NCBI GenBank assembly: GCA_039589315.1
Contig: JBDHHQ010000127.1
Coordinates: 1-11,796, forward strand
Length of the DNA stretch: 11,796 bases
Direction: 5' to 3'
Origin: Gemmatimonadota bacterium
Lineage (GTDB): Bacteria > Gemmatimonadota > Gemmatimonadetes > Longimicrobiales > Gaopeijiaceae
The translations under genes and the position numbers were made by a program. Positions 1 through 8,093 of the stretch are shown here, piece after piece. Each line of letters opens with the position of its first letter. The first letter of the stretch is position 1. The notes beneath the pieces were generated by a model. It was not told where the DNA came from and ran no database searches. It saw only the letters and a list, made by a program, of their open reading frames with translations.

Positions 1-198
1 GGGACCACGTTCGTGGTCGTAACCCACGAGCTCCAGAGTATCTTCGACATCGCCTCGAACAGCGTCTTCCTGGACGCCGTCAGCCGCACCATGATCGCCC
101 GGGGGGATCCGAAACAGCTCAGAGACCATTCGGACGATCCCAGAGTCCGCCAGTTCCTCAACCGTCAGCCTGACGCCAACGGGGGAGCAGCCCCTTGA
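1..198 (+). CDS. ABC transporter ATP-binding protein, MlaF/Mkl-like (C-terminal fragment, 5' end outside window)
   Basis: The frame is open from base 1: GTTFVVVTHELQSIFDIA...GDPKQLRDHSDDPRVRQFL. It has the H-loop VVVTH and the 'DPRVRQFL' tail typical of MlaF. The stop overlaps the start of the MCE gene (TTGA, 195-198). Confidence 0.85.
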   Translation, partial: GTTFVVVTHELQSIFDIASNSVFLDAVSRTMIARGDPKQLRDHSDDPRVRQFLNRQPDANGGAAP

Positions 199-1148
199 AG
201 AATCGCGCGAACATGACCGCCGTGGGCGCGTTCGTCATCGCCGCCATCGGCTTGGCCGTGGTGGCCATCGTACTGTTGAGCTCGGGCGCCCTCTTCCGCG
301 ACACGATCGCGGTCGTGTCCCTCTTCGACGGCTCCGTCCAGGGTCTCCAGATCGGGGCGCCCGTGAGCTTCAGGGGCGTCCAGATCGGGATGGTGAAGGA
401 GATCCGGCTCGCGTTGCCGAACGATCCTCGCTTCTCCGACCCCGACAACGTGGACGCGCGGATCCCGGTCGTTTACGAGATCGACAGGACCCTGCTCGCG
501 GCCAGGGGTGGCCGTCCTGAACAACTCAGCGAAGAACGCGTGCGCCAGCTCGTCGAGCAAGGACTGCGTGCCCAGCTGTTCACCGAGAGCTTCGTGACCG
601 GCCGCCTGCTCATATCCCTGGACTTTCGTCCCGATGTGGAGGCGAGGCTGGACGATTGGGACCTGGGATACGTGGAGGTCCCCACCATCGCTACCCCGAT
701 CGAGGAGATCCAACAACAGCTGGCGGAGGTGGACATCGAGGCGCTGATGGCGTCCGCCGACCGTCTCATGAACTCGTTCGCCGACGTCGCCGAGGACACG
801 CGAGTCGAAGACTTGACGGCCTCGATGGAGCACACCCTGTCCCAGCTCGACCAGACACTGTCCAGCTTCCGTGACGTTGCCCAGGACGTCTCCGGCAACA
901 TCGACCAGGTGTCGGATCGGGCCGCAGATCGCGCCGAGCAGCTGGAGACCGTGCTGGCCGAAGCCGAGCTCACTTTGGCGGCGCTGCGCCATACCCTCGA
1001 CCCCCAATCCCCGATCGCGGTACAGATGGCCATCACACTGAGAGAATTCGGAGACGCGGCCCACTCGCTACGCGTCCTGACCGAGGCTCTGGAGCAGAAC
1101 CCAGGCGCCCTTCTGCGAGGCCGCGCCTTGCCGGAGGGTAACCGATGA
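195..1148 (+). CDS. MlaD/MCE-domain protein with C-terminal helical region
   Basis: N-terminal TM helix (VGAFVIAAIGLAVVAIVLL), then the MCE signature FDGSVQGLQIGAPVSFRGVQIGMV, GLRAQL..SFVTG.L.I.LDF, and a PqiB-like tail LEQNPGALLRGR. The start is TTG 195; ATG 213 is an alternative. Confidence 0.9.
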   Translation: MKNRANMTAVGAFVIAAIGLAVVAIVLLSSGALFRDTIAVVSLFDGSVQGLQIGAPVSFRGVQIGMVKEIRLALPNDPRFSDPDNVDARIPVVYEIDRTLLAARGGRPEQLSEERVRQLVEQGLRAQLFTESFVTGRLLISLDFRPDVEARLDDWDLGYVEVPTIATPIEEIQQQLAEVDIEALMASADRLMNSFADVAEDTRVEDLTASMEHTLSQLDQTLSSFRDVAQDVSGNIDQVSDRAADRAEQLETVLAEAELTLAALRHTLDPQSPIAVQMAITLREFGDAAHSLRVLTEALEQNPGALLRGRALPEGNR

Positions 1149-1780
1149 GGGCTCTTCGAGGCTTCCTGGTGGCTATCGCCGCCGCCGCGGTCGGCGGATG
1201 CGGCCTGAACTTCGACCCGCAGCCGAACCCGACCCAGTTCTACCTGATGTCGGCGATTCCGGATTCCCCTCCTGCCCCAGCTGATGAGCCCCTTCGGGAC
1301 TCCAGCCTGGGCATCGGCCCCTTCGGTTTCGCACCCTATCTCGATCAGCAGAAGATCGTCACGCGTGTGGAGGCGAATCGGGTCGAGTTCGGCGAGTTCG
1401 AGCGTTGGGCCGAGCCGTTCAGCGACCATTTCCTCCGCGTCCTCGGGCAGATCCTCCACAACCGCCTGGGACCGCGGGAGCTGTATGCCTATCCCTGGAT
1501 CGGCACGCGCCACGTAGACTACCAGGTCGAGTGCTTCATATGGCGATTCGACCGCACGCCGGACGGCGGGGCCGAGATCGAGGTCGATTGGATCCTTCGG
1601 GACGGTGTCACGGGCGTCGTCCTCGCGAGCCGGGACGTATACATGACCGAGCCGGCAAACGGGACAGGCGTGAACGGCGCGGCCACGACGGACGATACCG
1701 TGGCGGCCATGAGCCGAGCCACCGGACGATTGGGCGAGGAGATCGCTCGAGCCATCCGGGAAGTCAGGGCCGGGCGATAG
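1145..1780 (+). CDS. PqiC-family (ABC transport auxiliary) lipoprotein
   Basis: Lipobox AVGG-C, TQFYLM, PYLDQQKIVTR, ERWAEP, and I.RFD...A.IEVDW.L, all PqiC-type motifs. ATGA overlap with the MCE gene stop. Confidence 0.85.
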   Translation: MRALRGFLVAIAAAAVGGCGLNFDPQPNPTQFYLMSAIPDSPPAPADEPLRDSSLGIGPFGFAPYLDQQKIVTRVEANRVEFGEFERWAEPFSDHFLRVLGQILHNRLGPRELYAYPWIGTRHVDYQVECFIWRFDRTPDGGAEIEVDWILRDGVTGVVLASRDVYMTEPANGTGVNGAATTDDTVAAMSRATGRLGEEIARAIREVRAGR

Positions 1781-1820
1781 CCCCGGATCCGACTCTCCCG
1801 CGGCGTCAACCGCCACCCCG

Positions 1821-3260
1821 ATGAGCGACGTCCTCCGCACGCTATGGCCCATCCTGGCCACGGCCTTGTGGATCGCCATGGCCCTGGCGGCGTCGGTGCA
1901 CGCCATCCTCACCAAGAGAGAGGTGCGTGCGGCCATTGGCTGGGCGGGGTTGGCTTGGTTGAGCCCATATGTGGGCGCGATCCTCTACGCCCTCTTCGGC
2001 ATCAACCGCATCAAGCGAAGGGCCCAGACCCTCCGTCCCCGTCCCCAACTGCCGGAAGAGACACGAAGCGCGGTGTTGGCCCGGGCCAGGGCCGCCGTAC
2101 AGTCCCTCGGCTACGACCCGGATCTGATCCGGCTGGGCGGCGCCATCTCCGGCGAAGAGCTCACGGTGAACAACCACATCGAGCCGCTGGTCTCGGGTGA
2201 CCAGGCATACCCGGCCATGCTGGAGGCCATCGGCCAGGCCGAGCGTTCCATCGGCCTGTGCAGCTACATCTTCGACCATGACCGGGCGGGGGTGCGCTTC
2301 ATCCACGCGCTGGAGGCGGCGCACCGGCGAGGCGTCGCGGTCCGGGTGCTCATCGACGGCGTCGGTGCCCAATACAGCAAGCCCCGCACCCCCAAGGCCC
2401 TCCGGGAGCTCGGTATCCCCGTCGCCGAGTTCCTCAGCGGTCTGGTATCGGTGAGGATGCCGTACATGAACCTCCGGAACCACCGGAAGATCCTGACCGT
2501 GGACGGACAGATCGCGTTCACGGGCGGAATGAACATCCGTGAGGGATGCGTCCTGGAGTTGGGTTCCGGCCATCCGGTCCAGGACCTGCATTTTCGGCTG
2601 ACGGGACCCATCGTGTCACAGGTGCAGGAGGTGTTCACCCGGGACTGGCAATTCACGACCGGAGAGGTTCTGGACGGCGAGGAGTGGTACCCGGAGTTGG
2701 GTCCGGTCGGCGAATGCGTGGCTCGGACCATCCCGGATGGACCGGACGACGACTTCGAGAAGATCTACGAGACGATTCTCGCAGCCATCAACAACGCCAG
2801 GGAATCGGTGCGTATCGCCTCGCCCTACTTCCTTCCCGACGAGGCGCTGAGCCGCGCCCTGCACCTGGCCGCCAAGGCTGGCAAGCGAGTCGAGATCATC
2901 TTGCCCGCGGTCAACAACCTGCGGTTGGTTCACTGGGCCATGATGGCCGAGCTGGAGCACGTCCTGGTGCCCGGGATCGACATCTGGCTCACTCCCCCAC
3001 CCTTCGATCACACGAAGCTGATGGTGGTGGACAGCCTCTGGGTCATGTTCGGCTCTGCCAACTGGGATTCCCGGAGCCTCCGCCTCAACTTCGAGCTGAA
3101 CGTGGGCTCGATGAACCCCCCTCTCGCGGAGAGGCTCGACCGCCTCCTCGACGAGAAGATTGCCTCGGCCCGCCGGCTGGAGCGGGAGGAGTTGAAGTCT
3201 CGGAGACTGCCTGTCAGACTGAGGGACGGGGCGGTGAGGCTGTTTTCGCCCTATCTGTAG
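1821..3260 (+). CDS. cls: Cardiolipin synthase (ClsA-type phospholipase D family)
   Basis: Two N-terminal TM helices (PLDc_N-like, AIGW...PYVGAILYALFGINR) and two HKD motifs: RNHRKILTVDGQIAFTGGMNI and DHTKLMVVD...FGSANWDSRSLRLNFE. Also SPYFLPD. Length 479 aa. Confidence 0.92.
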   Translation: MSDVLRTLWPILATALWIAMALAASVHAILTKREVRAAIGWAGLAWLSPYVGAILYALFGINRIKRRAQTLRPRPQLPEETRSAVLARARAAVQSLGYDPDLIRLGGAISGEELTVNNHIEPLVSGDQAYPAMLEAIGQAERSIGLCSYIFDHDRAGVRFIHALEAAHRRGVAVRVLIDGVGAQYSKPRTPKALRELGIPVAEFLSGLVSVRMPYMNLRNHRKILTVDGQIAFTGGMNIREGCVLELGSGHPVQDLHFRLTGPIVSQVQEVFTRDWQFTTGEVLDGEEWYPELGPVGECVARTIPDGPDDDFEKIYETILAAINNARESVRIASPYFLPDEALSRALHLAAKAGKRVEIILPAVNNLRLVHWAMMAELEHVLVPGIDIWLTPPPFDHTKLMVVDSLWVMFGSANWDSRSLRLNFELNVGSMNPPLAERLDRLLDEKIASARRLEREELKSRRLPVRLRDGAVRLFSPYL

Positions 3261-3368
3261 CGGGGACGCCTCGGGGTGAGCCTGGCCCACGTCCGCCGGG
3301 GTCGCGCCGCGCCGGGGCGAGCTCCCGCCTGCAAGGGTGTGATCGCCATCGGCAGGAGGAGAGCGGGT

Positions 3369-4586
3369 ATGCCCGTCGACATTCGGACACGGACGGCTGA
3401 CGCCGGGAGGAACGCCCGGTTCCGTCGAACCGTCGTGGTGATCGGATCGCTCCTCGCCGTTTCGATCGCCTCAGCCGGCTGCGCCAAGACCAGCCAGACT
3501 CCCTTCATGAAGGAGCTCAGTCCCAGGGAGCTCTCCAGTCAGGAGCTCCGGGCTCGCCTTTACGGCGCCGTGGATCGCTACAACCGGCTCGTCTCCAGCA
3601 ACGCCGACCTCATCCGACGCGACGCGGAGGATCCGGCGGTGCACGCCGCGGCGCTGCGGTGGAAGATGTACGCCACCTCACACATGATGGCCGCCGCCTT
3701 CCGGGTGGACCCCCTGCTGGGCTACGTCGACTCCTGGGCGCTGGCCACGCAGATGCGCATGGCGTTCGAGCCGGGAGGGCTGCTGGAGGACATGTTCCAC
3801 GAGAAGACGGAGCTGGCCATCGAGGCCAGCCGGAAGGGTGAGGCGCTGTTCGTCGACTTGGCGCCCGTGATGTTGAGTGACGCCGATGTCATGAAGCAGC
3901 GTGTGCTCGAGTGGGCGCCCCGGTATCCGGTCGGGAACCTACGCTTGGGCCGCACATCGGTTCTGGACGTAGCGGAGCAGGCTCCGGCCTCAGAGTACCG
4001 CACGAGCGCATTCGGCGTTGGCGAGATGCAGTCCACGATCGAAGATCTGAATGCCCGGACGCCCCTCCTCCTGGAGGCGGGCATGCGGCAGACCCTGTGG
4101 TCACTCGAGCTTCTCTGGGCGGAAAAGGGGCTCGACGGCTCGCTGACCTCGATCGTGTCCGACCTGAGTAGCATAGACTCGTCGGCCGCCCGGATCGCGG
4201 TGGGGGTCGACTCGGTTGCCCGCGTGCTCAACCAGCTCGACTCGCTGGTCTGGGTGATCGAGCGGGAACGCACTGCCGTGCTCTCCGACCTGGACCGACA
4301 GCGGGTGGAGACGCTGAGCGCCCTGACCGCTGAGCGCATCGCCGTTCTGGACGCCGTCGACGCCCAGTTTGCGGCCATGTTGGCCACGCTGTCGGCCGAG
4401 CGTGCCATGATCATGGCATCCGCGGATTCCATCACGGACGGCAAGCTCGAGTCGGCGGTGGTCGGGCTCAAGGACGTCGCGGACCACGTGTTCTGGCGGG
4501 CGCTCCAGCTGCTGGCCATCGCGGCGGTGTTGGCCCTCGTCGTGGGGTGGCTGCTCACGCGAGGCAGGCGACGGGCTTCTGCGTAG
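3369..4586 (+). CDS. Hypothetical lipoprotein with 11-residue helical repeats and C-terminal TM anchor
   Basis: Long ORF with GC3-rich codons. ATG 3369 follows GGAGGAGAG. A basic n-region and hydrophobic h-region lead to SAG-C (Cys codon 3480-3482). The C-terminus is hydrophobic (LLAIAAVLALVVGWLL) with an RGRRR tail. The start is uncertain (the ORF track gives 3276). Confidence 0.75.
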   Translation: MPVDIRTRTADAGRNARFRRTVVVIGSLLAVSIASAGCAKTSQTPFMKELSPRELSSQELRARLYGAVDRYNRLVSSNADLIRRDAEDPAVHAAALRWKMYATSHMMAAAFRVDPLLGYVDSWALATQMRMAFEPGGLLEDMFHEKTELAIEASRKGEALFVDLAPVMLSDADVMKQRVLEWAPRYPVGNLRLGRTSVLDVAEQAPASEYRTSAFGVGEMQSTIEDLNARTPLLLEAGMRQTLWSLELLWAEKGLDGSLTSIVSDLSSIDSSAARIAVGVDSVARVLNQLDSLVWVIERERTAVLSDLDRQRVETLSALTAERIAVLDAVDAQFAAMLATLSAERAMIMASADSITDGKLESAVVGLKDVADHVFWRALQLLAIAAVLALVVGWLLTRGRRRASA

Positions 4587-4685
4587 CGCAGTGCCTCGAA
4601 GGTCCGACCCCACCAAGAGCCTCGAAGCGCAACGTCCAGCCGGGCCGGGGGGCGGGTCTGCACCCGCGAGCGATGCGTGAAGCCG

Positions 4686-5798
4686 TCAGCTCGACGGCTC
4701 ACGAGCAGGCAGGGGGGCCCGGTCACCGCGACTGAGCCCGAGCACCTTCACCCGTTCGCCCTTCCCCCGAAGCAACACCTCGCCCTGCCAAGTGAGCTCG
4801 TAACCCTCGTCGGCAGGAACACCCCGGAAGACGTCGTCCGATACGAACACCTCACCGTTGTTCTGCTTGCACAGCTCCAGGATGCGAGCGGCGGTGTTCA
4901 GCGGGTCGCCATGGAACGCGATGCTCCGCTTGATCTCGCCGATCTCGGCCACGGTCACCTCGCCGACCCCGGCGCCGCCGCGGAAGACCGGCCTGGAGCC
5001 GTACCGTTGCTCGTACTCCGGCCCGCGATCCTCCAATGCCTGGGCGAACTCGAAGTAGGACCGGACGGCGCAGGCGCGGGCTGCCCCGTCCTTGGTTGGC
5101 CAGTTCAAGACCACCTCGTCGCCCACGTATTGATAGACCCTCGCGTCATTCCGGATCGCGACGTCCGTCAGATCCCGGATGCAGGATTGGAGGAACCCGC
5201 TGTACCTCTCGTGGCCCATCGATTCCGCGAGGGTGGTGGAGCTCTTCAGATCCATGAACAAGAAGACCTGCTCCTCCGTTCTGGGGTGCTGATACCGTCC
5301 CCTGAGCAAGTCCCAGAAGATCCCGGGGCCAATCAGTCGTCGAGCTTGAAGGGCGAGGTTGATCAACGCTCCCAGGAAGAACAACTGAAGCCACACACCC
5401 AGGGTATACGCGGGGGTCATCTCGCGAAGACCCGCCATCACCCAGGCTCTGGAGATTCCCAGTAGCGGAAGGGCCGCGAGAAGAGTCACCTCGATGCCGA
5501 TGATGGCGCCCAGGAAGAGAAACGCCTTGAGGGCCACCACCTGCAGGACCGACCGACGTCGGATGCGAGGCCGATCAGAGATGCGATCCAATCCCACCAG
5601 CATGACGCCAAGGCCGATCCCGGTGAGCCAGAGCTCGGCGTGGATGGCACTGCTGTCCAAATAGTCCTTCAGCGGCCCGGGCCGGAAGTACTCCTGGATG
5701 GCGCCATAGCTGTACCAGTAGAAGAGGTAGTTCCCCACGATGAACGCGCTCGCTGAGAGGGCGCTCTCGCGAATGAAGATGCCAGACTTCCGGGTCAT
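4686..5798 (-). CDS. Membrane-bound class III adenylate/guanylate cyclase-domain protein
   Basis: About 4 predicted TM segments, then FLFMDLKSST (metal Asp), YQYVGDEV (metal Asp), FHGDPLNTAARI (N..R) and LRGK. The probable start is ATG 5798; the upstream part of the 485-aa ORF looks non-coding. Confidence 0.9.
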   Translation of the reverse strand: MTRKSGIFIRESALSASAFIVGNYLFYWYSYGAIQEYFRPGPLKDYLDSSAIHAELWLTGIGLGVMLVGLDRISDRPRIRRRSVLQVVALKAFLFLGAIIGIEVTLLAALPLLGISRAWVMAGLREMTPAYTLGVWLQLFFLGALINLALQARRLIGPGIFWDLLRGRYQHPRTEEQVFLFMDLKSSTTLAESMGHERYSGFLQSCIRDLTDVAIRNDARVYQYVGDEVVLNWPTKDGAARACAVRSYFEFAQALEDRGPEYEQRYGSRPVFRGGAGVGEVTVAEIGEIKRSIAFHGDPLNTAARILELCKQNNGEVFVSDDVFRGVPADEGYELTWQGEVLLRGKGERVKVLGLSRGDRAPLPAREPSS

Positions 5799-6087
5799 AG
5801 ACGGGTAACCACCGCTGGGGCTCTCGGCACGATTGTCTTGGGGCCCTGAGTGACACCGCGGGAAACCAATGGGGCCTCCCCGCACCCCCGCGACCGCTTC
5901 CGTGCTCTCGGCCGGCCGCACGGACCCGACGGGCCTCGCTCCACTATCCGACGGGCCCCGCTCGGCCGACAACCACTTTAGGTACGGTGAACTGCGCCGG
6001 CCGTCCAGGCAATGGCCGGACGGGAGCGGCGGACCGGCGTGGCCCGGAGTTCCCCACGACAGCCAACGAACAGGCCTCGAGGTGCTG

Positions 6088-7152
6088 GTGGCCGAAGCAG
6101 CGACCGCGGGTTCGTTCCCGCTCCCGGACAACTCACCGATCATGGTCCTGGACGACGACGCGTCGCTCGTCCGGTTGGTCCAGTCCTATCTGAACCAACA
6201 GGGCTACCCCGTGCGGGGGCACCTCTCCTCAAGGACTGCCCTGGAGGATCTGGCCGATTCGCCCGTCGATCTGCTGATCGTGGATCTGTCACTGGGCAGG
6301 GACGACGGCCTGAACGTGGCACGCTCGGCCTTGGAACAAGACCCCAACCTGGCCGTGATCCTGGTAACGGGCAAAGGAAGCGAAGAAACCGCCATCGCGT
6401 GTCTTCACCTGGGCCTCTCGGACTACCTACCCAAGCCCTTCTCACTCGACGACCTGGGCCGATCGATTCAACGATCGCTCATTCGGCGGGCTTCCCAGAT
6501 CCGTCGCTTCCACAATGAAGAGCTGATCCGTACCCGCCTCGCGGCGCTGCAGAAGGAGACACGGGAAGCGGCGCTCGCAGTGCTCTGCCAGATCGCGGGT
6601 ACGCTCGAAGACAAGCATCCCTTCCTGAAGGGACACAGCCACCGCGTCGCGGACCTGACCGTCGCCCTGGGTCAGGATCTCGGGCTGCCGGAGTCCCAAA
6701 CGAAGCGACTGCGGGAGGCGGGACTCATCCACGACGTGGGCATGATCCTGGCGCCGGACGGCGCCCTGTGCAGCGACGGTACGCTCTCGCAAGAAGACCT
6801 GGCTCGGGTTCGGAGCCACGCCACGCTGGGTGCTACCCTGGCCCGTTCCCTTGGACTGGGCACAGTCGCCGACTACATCGAGTTCCATCACGAACGGCTG
6901 GATGGATCCGGCTACCCCAATGGACTGCAGGGCTCGAAGATCCCGCTGGGAGCCATGATCCTGGGCCTCGCCGAGGCCTACTCTGCGCTCACCGAGAACC
7001 GTCCCTTCCGAGACGCGGCGGCGCCGACCGAGGCCATCGCGACGCTGAAAGGCACGGAGGGAGTCTGGTTCCCCACTGGACTGATCGACGCCTTGGGGCG
7101 GGCGGTGGCGGCTGGTGTTTCGACCCCCGGGCTCTCCGCCGTCCGGGAGTAG
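6088..7152 (+). CDS. Response regulator with receiver and HD-GYP domains (RpfG-like)
   Basis: REC: IMVLDDD, LLIVD, DG, VTG, DYLPKPF. HD-GYP: GHSHRV, IHDVG, SHATLG, HHERLDGSGYP.GL.G..IPLGA.I, RPFR. The start is uncertain; GTG 6088 (GAGG just upstream) or 6082 is preferred over ATG 5869. Confidence 0.88.
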   Translation: MAEAATAGSFPLPDNSPIMVLDDDASLVRLVQSYLNQQGYPVRGHLSSRTALEDLADSPVDLLIVDLSLGRDDGLNVARSALEQDPNLAVILVTGKGSEETAIACLHLGLSDYLPKPFSLDDLGRSIQRSLIRRASQIRRFHNEELIRTRLAALQKETREAALAVLCQIAGTLEDKHPFLKGHSHRVADLTVALGQDLGLPESQTKRLREAGLIHDVGMILAPDGALCSDGTLSQEDLARVRSHATLGATLARSLGLGTVADYIEFHHERLDGSGYPNGLQGSKIPLGAMILGLAEAYSALTENRPFRDAAAPTEAIATLKGTEGVWFPTGLIDALGRAVAAGVSTPGLSAVRE

Positions 7153-7168
7153 GCCCTCGGGGAGGGCC
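7152..7168. terminator. Possible hairpin between convergent genes
   Basis: GGCCCTC-GGG-GAGGGCC inverted repeat in the 35-bp gap between convergent stops. There is no U-tract. Confidence 0.3.
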
Positions 7169-7187
7169 CTGGCGTCACTTCCCTCCC

Positions 7188-7676
7188 CTATCGTCGGATG
7201 GGCTGGCCTCCGGTTCGCTTGAACACTTCGGCCACCAGGTCTTCCGCCTCACCGGGGGCCACACGCAGCACCACCCCGATCAGGTCGGTGGCTTCCGGAC
7301 TCGGCTCGCCCACATCTTCCCACTCTCCCATGCCCAGGATGTAGCCGAAGAGCACACCGATCGCGCCCCCTCCCACGACCCCCCTCACCGCGGCCATGGC
7401 AGGGTTCGTTCCGAGCAGGCTCAGCACGGGCTCCGCAATGACGCCTATCGACACCAGCACGGCCACGATCCCGCCCAGTACGGCCCCGGCGACCCCGAAC
7501 CCGATGGCCCGGCGATGGGCCCCGGTCAGGTTGGAGACCGGTGGCCCTACGATCGCCTCGACTTCCTGTGGGTCCTTTTCAATCGCATGACGGGGGACAC
7601 CGTTTGCCACGAGCGCCTCGATCGCACGCTCTGCGGACGACTCGTCGGGGTAGGCGGCTCGATGCTCCTTGGTCAT
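7188..7676 (-). CDS. Hypothetical membrane protein (two glycine-rich TM helices flanked by small alpha/beta segments)
   Basis: ATG 7676 with a strong GAGGAGG RBS. It reads AAYPDESSAERAIEALVANG, then GAVLGGIVAVLV and GVVGGGAIGVLFGYILG, and ends in GVVLRV...VAEVFKRTGG. This architecture resembles general-stress/DUF membrane proteins. Length 162 aa. Confidence 0.75.
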   Translation of the reverse strand: MTKEHRAAYPDESSAERAIEALVANGVPRHAIEKDPQEVEAIVGPPVSNLTGAHRRAIGFGVAGAVLGGIVAVLVSIGVIAEPVLSLLGTNPAMAAVRGVVGGGAIGVLFGYILGMGEWEDVGEPSPEATDLIGVVLRVAPGEAEDLVAEVFKRTGGQPIRR

Positions 7677-7815
7677 GTCGTGCCTCCTCGCTTGATCGGC
7701 CGCGCTCTCCGCCGCCGTCTCTCGCTCCGCCACCGCGGAGCCTCCAGTTGGGACTTCGAGAGGCTGGATCCGTGGGCCGCGGCCAACGGGCGCGGCTAGA
7801 CCGAAGCGGGAGGCC

Positions 7816-8070
7816 TCAGCCACCGGACTCGCCATCTGCCAGTTCGACGAAGTCCGGCTCGACACGGATGTCATTGAGCACGCCGCCGGCGAATTCGTCC
7901 ACTTCCCCGCTGACGTCCAGGACCAGGTGGCCGTACTCGTCGATCTCGGCAATGTGGAAGAGCTTGTCTTCGCAACGTCGAAAGACCCGCTGGCTATCGG
8001 GGGGAAGCCGGGGCACCCAGGGCGGGAGTACCGTCAAACGAACGCGATCGCCGACCCTGAACGTTGCCAT
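7816..8070 (-). CDS. Small hypothetical protein (84 aa), KOW/SH3-like start FRVGDRVR
   Basis: MATFRVGDRVRL...FHIAEIDEYGHLVLDV...IRVEPDFVEL has protein-like composition and GC3-biased codons. ATG 8070 is preceded by GGAATGAG. Confidence 0.7.
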   Translation of the reverse strand: MATFRVGDRVRLTVLPPWVPRLPPDSQRVFRRCEDKLFHIAEIDEYGHLVLDVSGEVDEFAGGVLNDIRVEPDFVELADGESGG

Positions 8071-8093
8071 CTCATTCCACTCGACCGGATCAA

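Noticed and set aside
473..1936. 487-aa minus-strand ORF and other long antisense ORFs (165-1064, 1842-2591, 3722-4726)
   Set aside because: They are shadows of well-supported + strand genes in GC-rich DNA and contain no recognisable motifs.
4593..4627. 9-bp direct repeat GCCTCGAAG x2 between convergent genes
   Set aside because: Only two short copies; not CRISPR-like and plausible by chance.
4677..5465. 262-aa + strand ORF; likewise 6768-7799 and 10348-11391
   Set aside because: They are antisense or off-frame to the cyclase, HD-GYP/membrane gene and USP gene, with low-complexity shadow composition.
4686..5798. Pycsar/CBASS-type anti-phage system
   Set aside because: The cyclase has an N-terminal multi-TM sensor layout, and there is no adjacent cNMP-binding TIR or TM effector gene.
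5799..6087. Possible c-di-GMP or other riboswitch in the cyclase/HD-GYP intergenic region
   Set aside because: There are GC-rich hairpins (e.g. CCGTCC..GGACGG, 6001-6023), but I could not match a GEMM-I/II or other riboswitch consensus. A cmscan would settle it.
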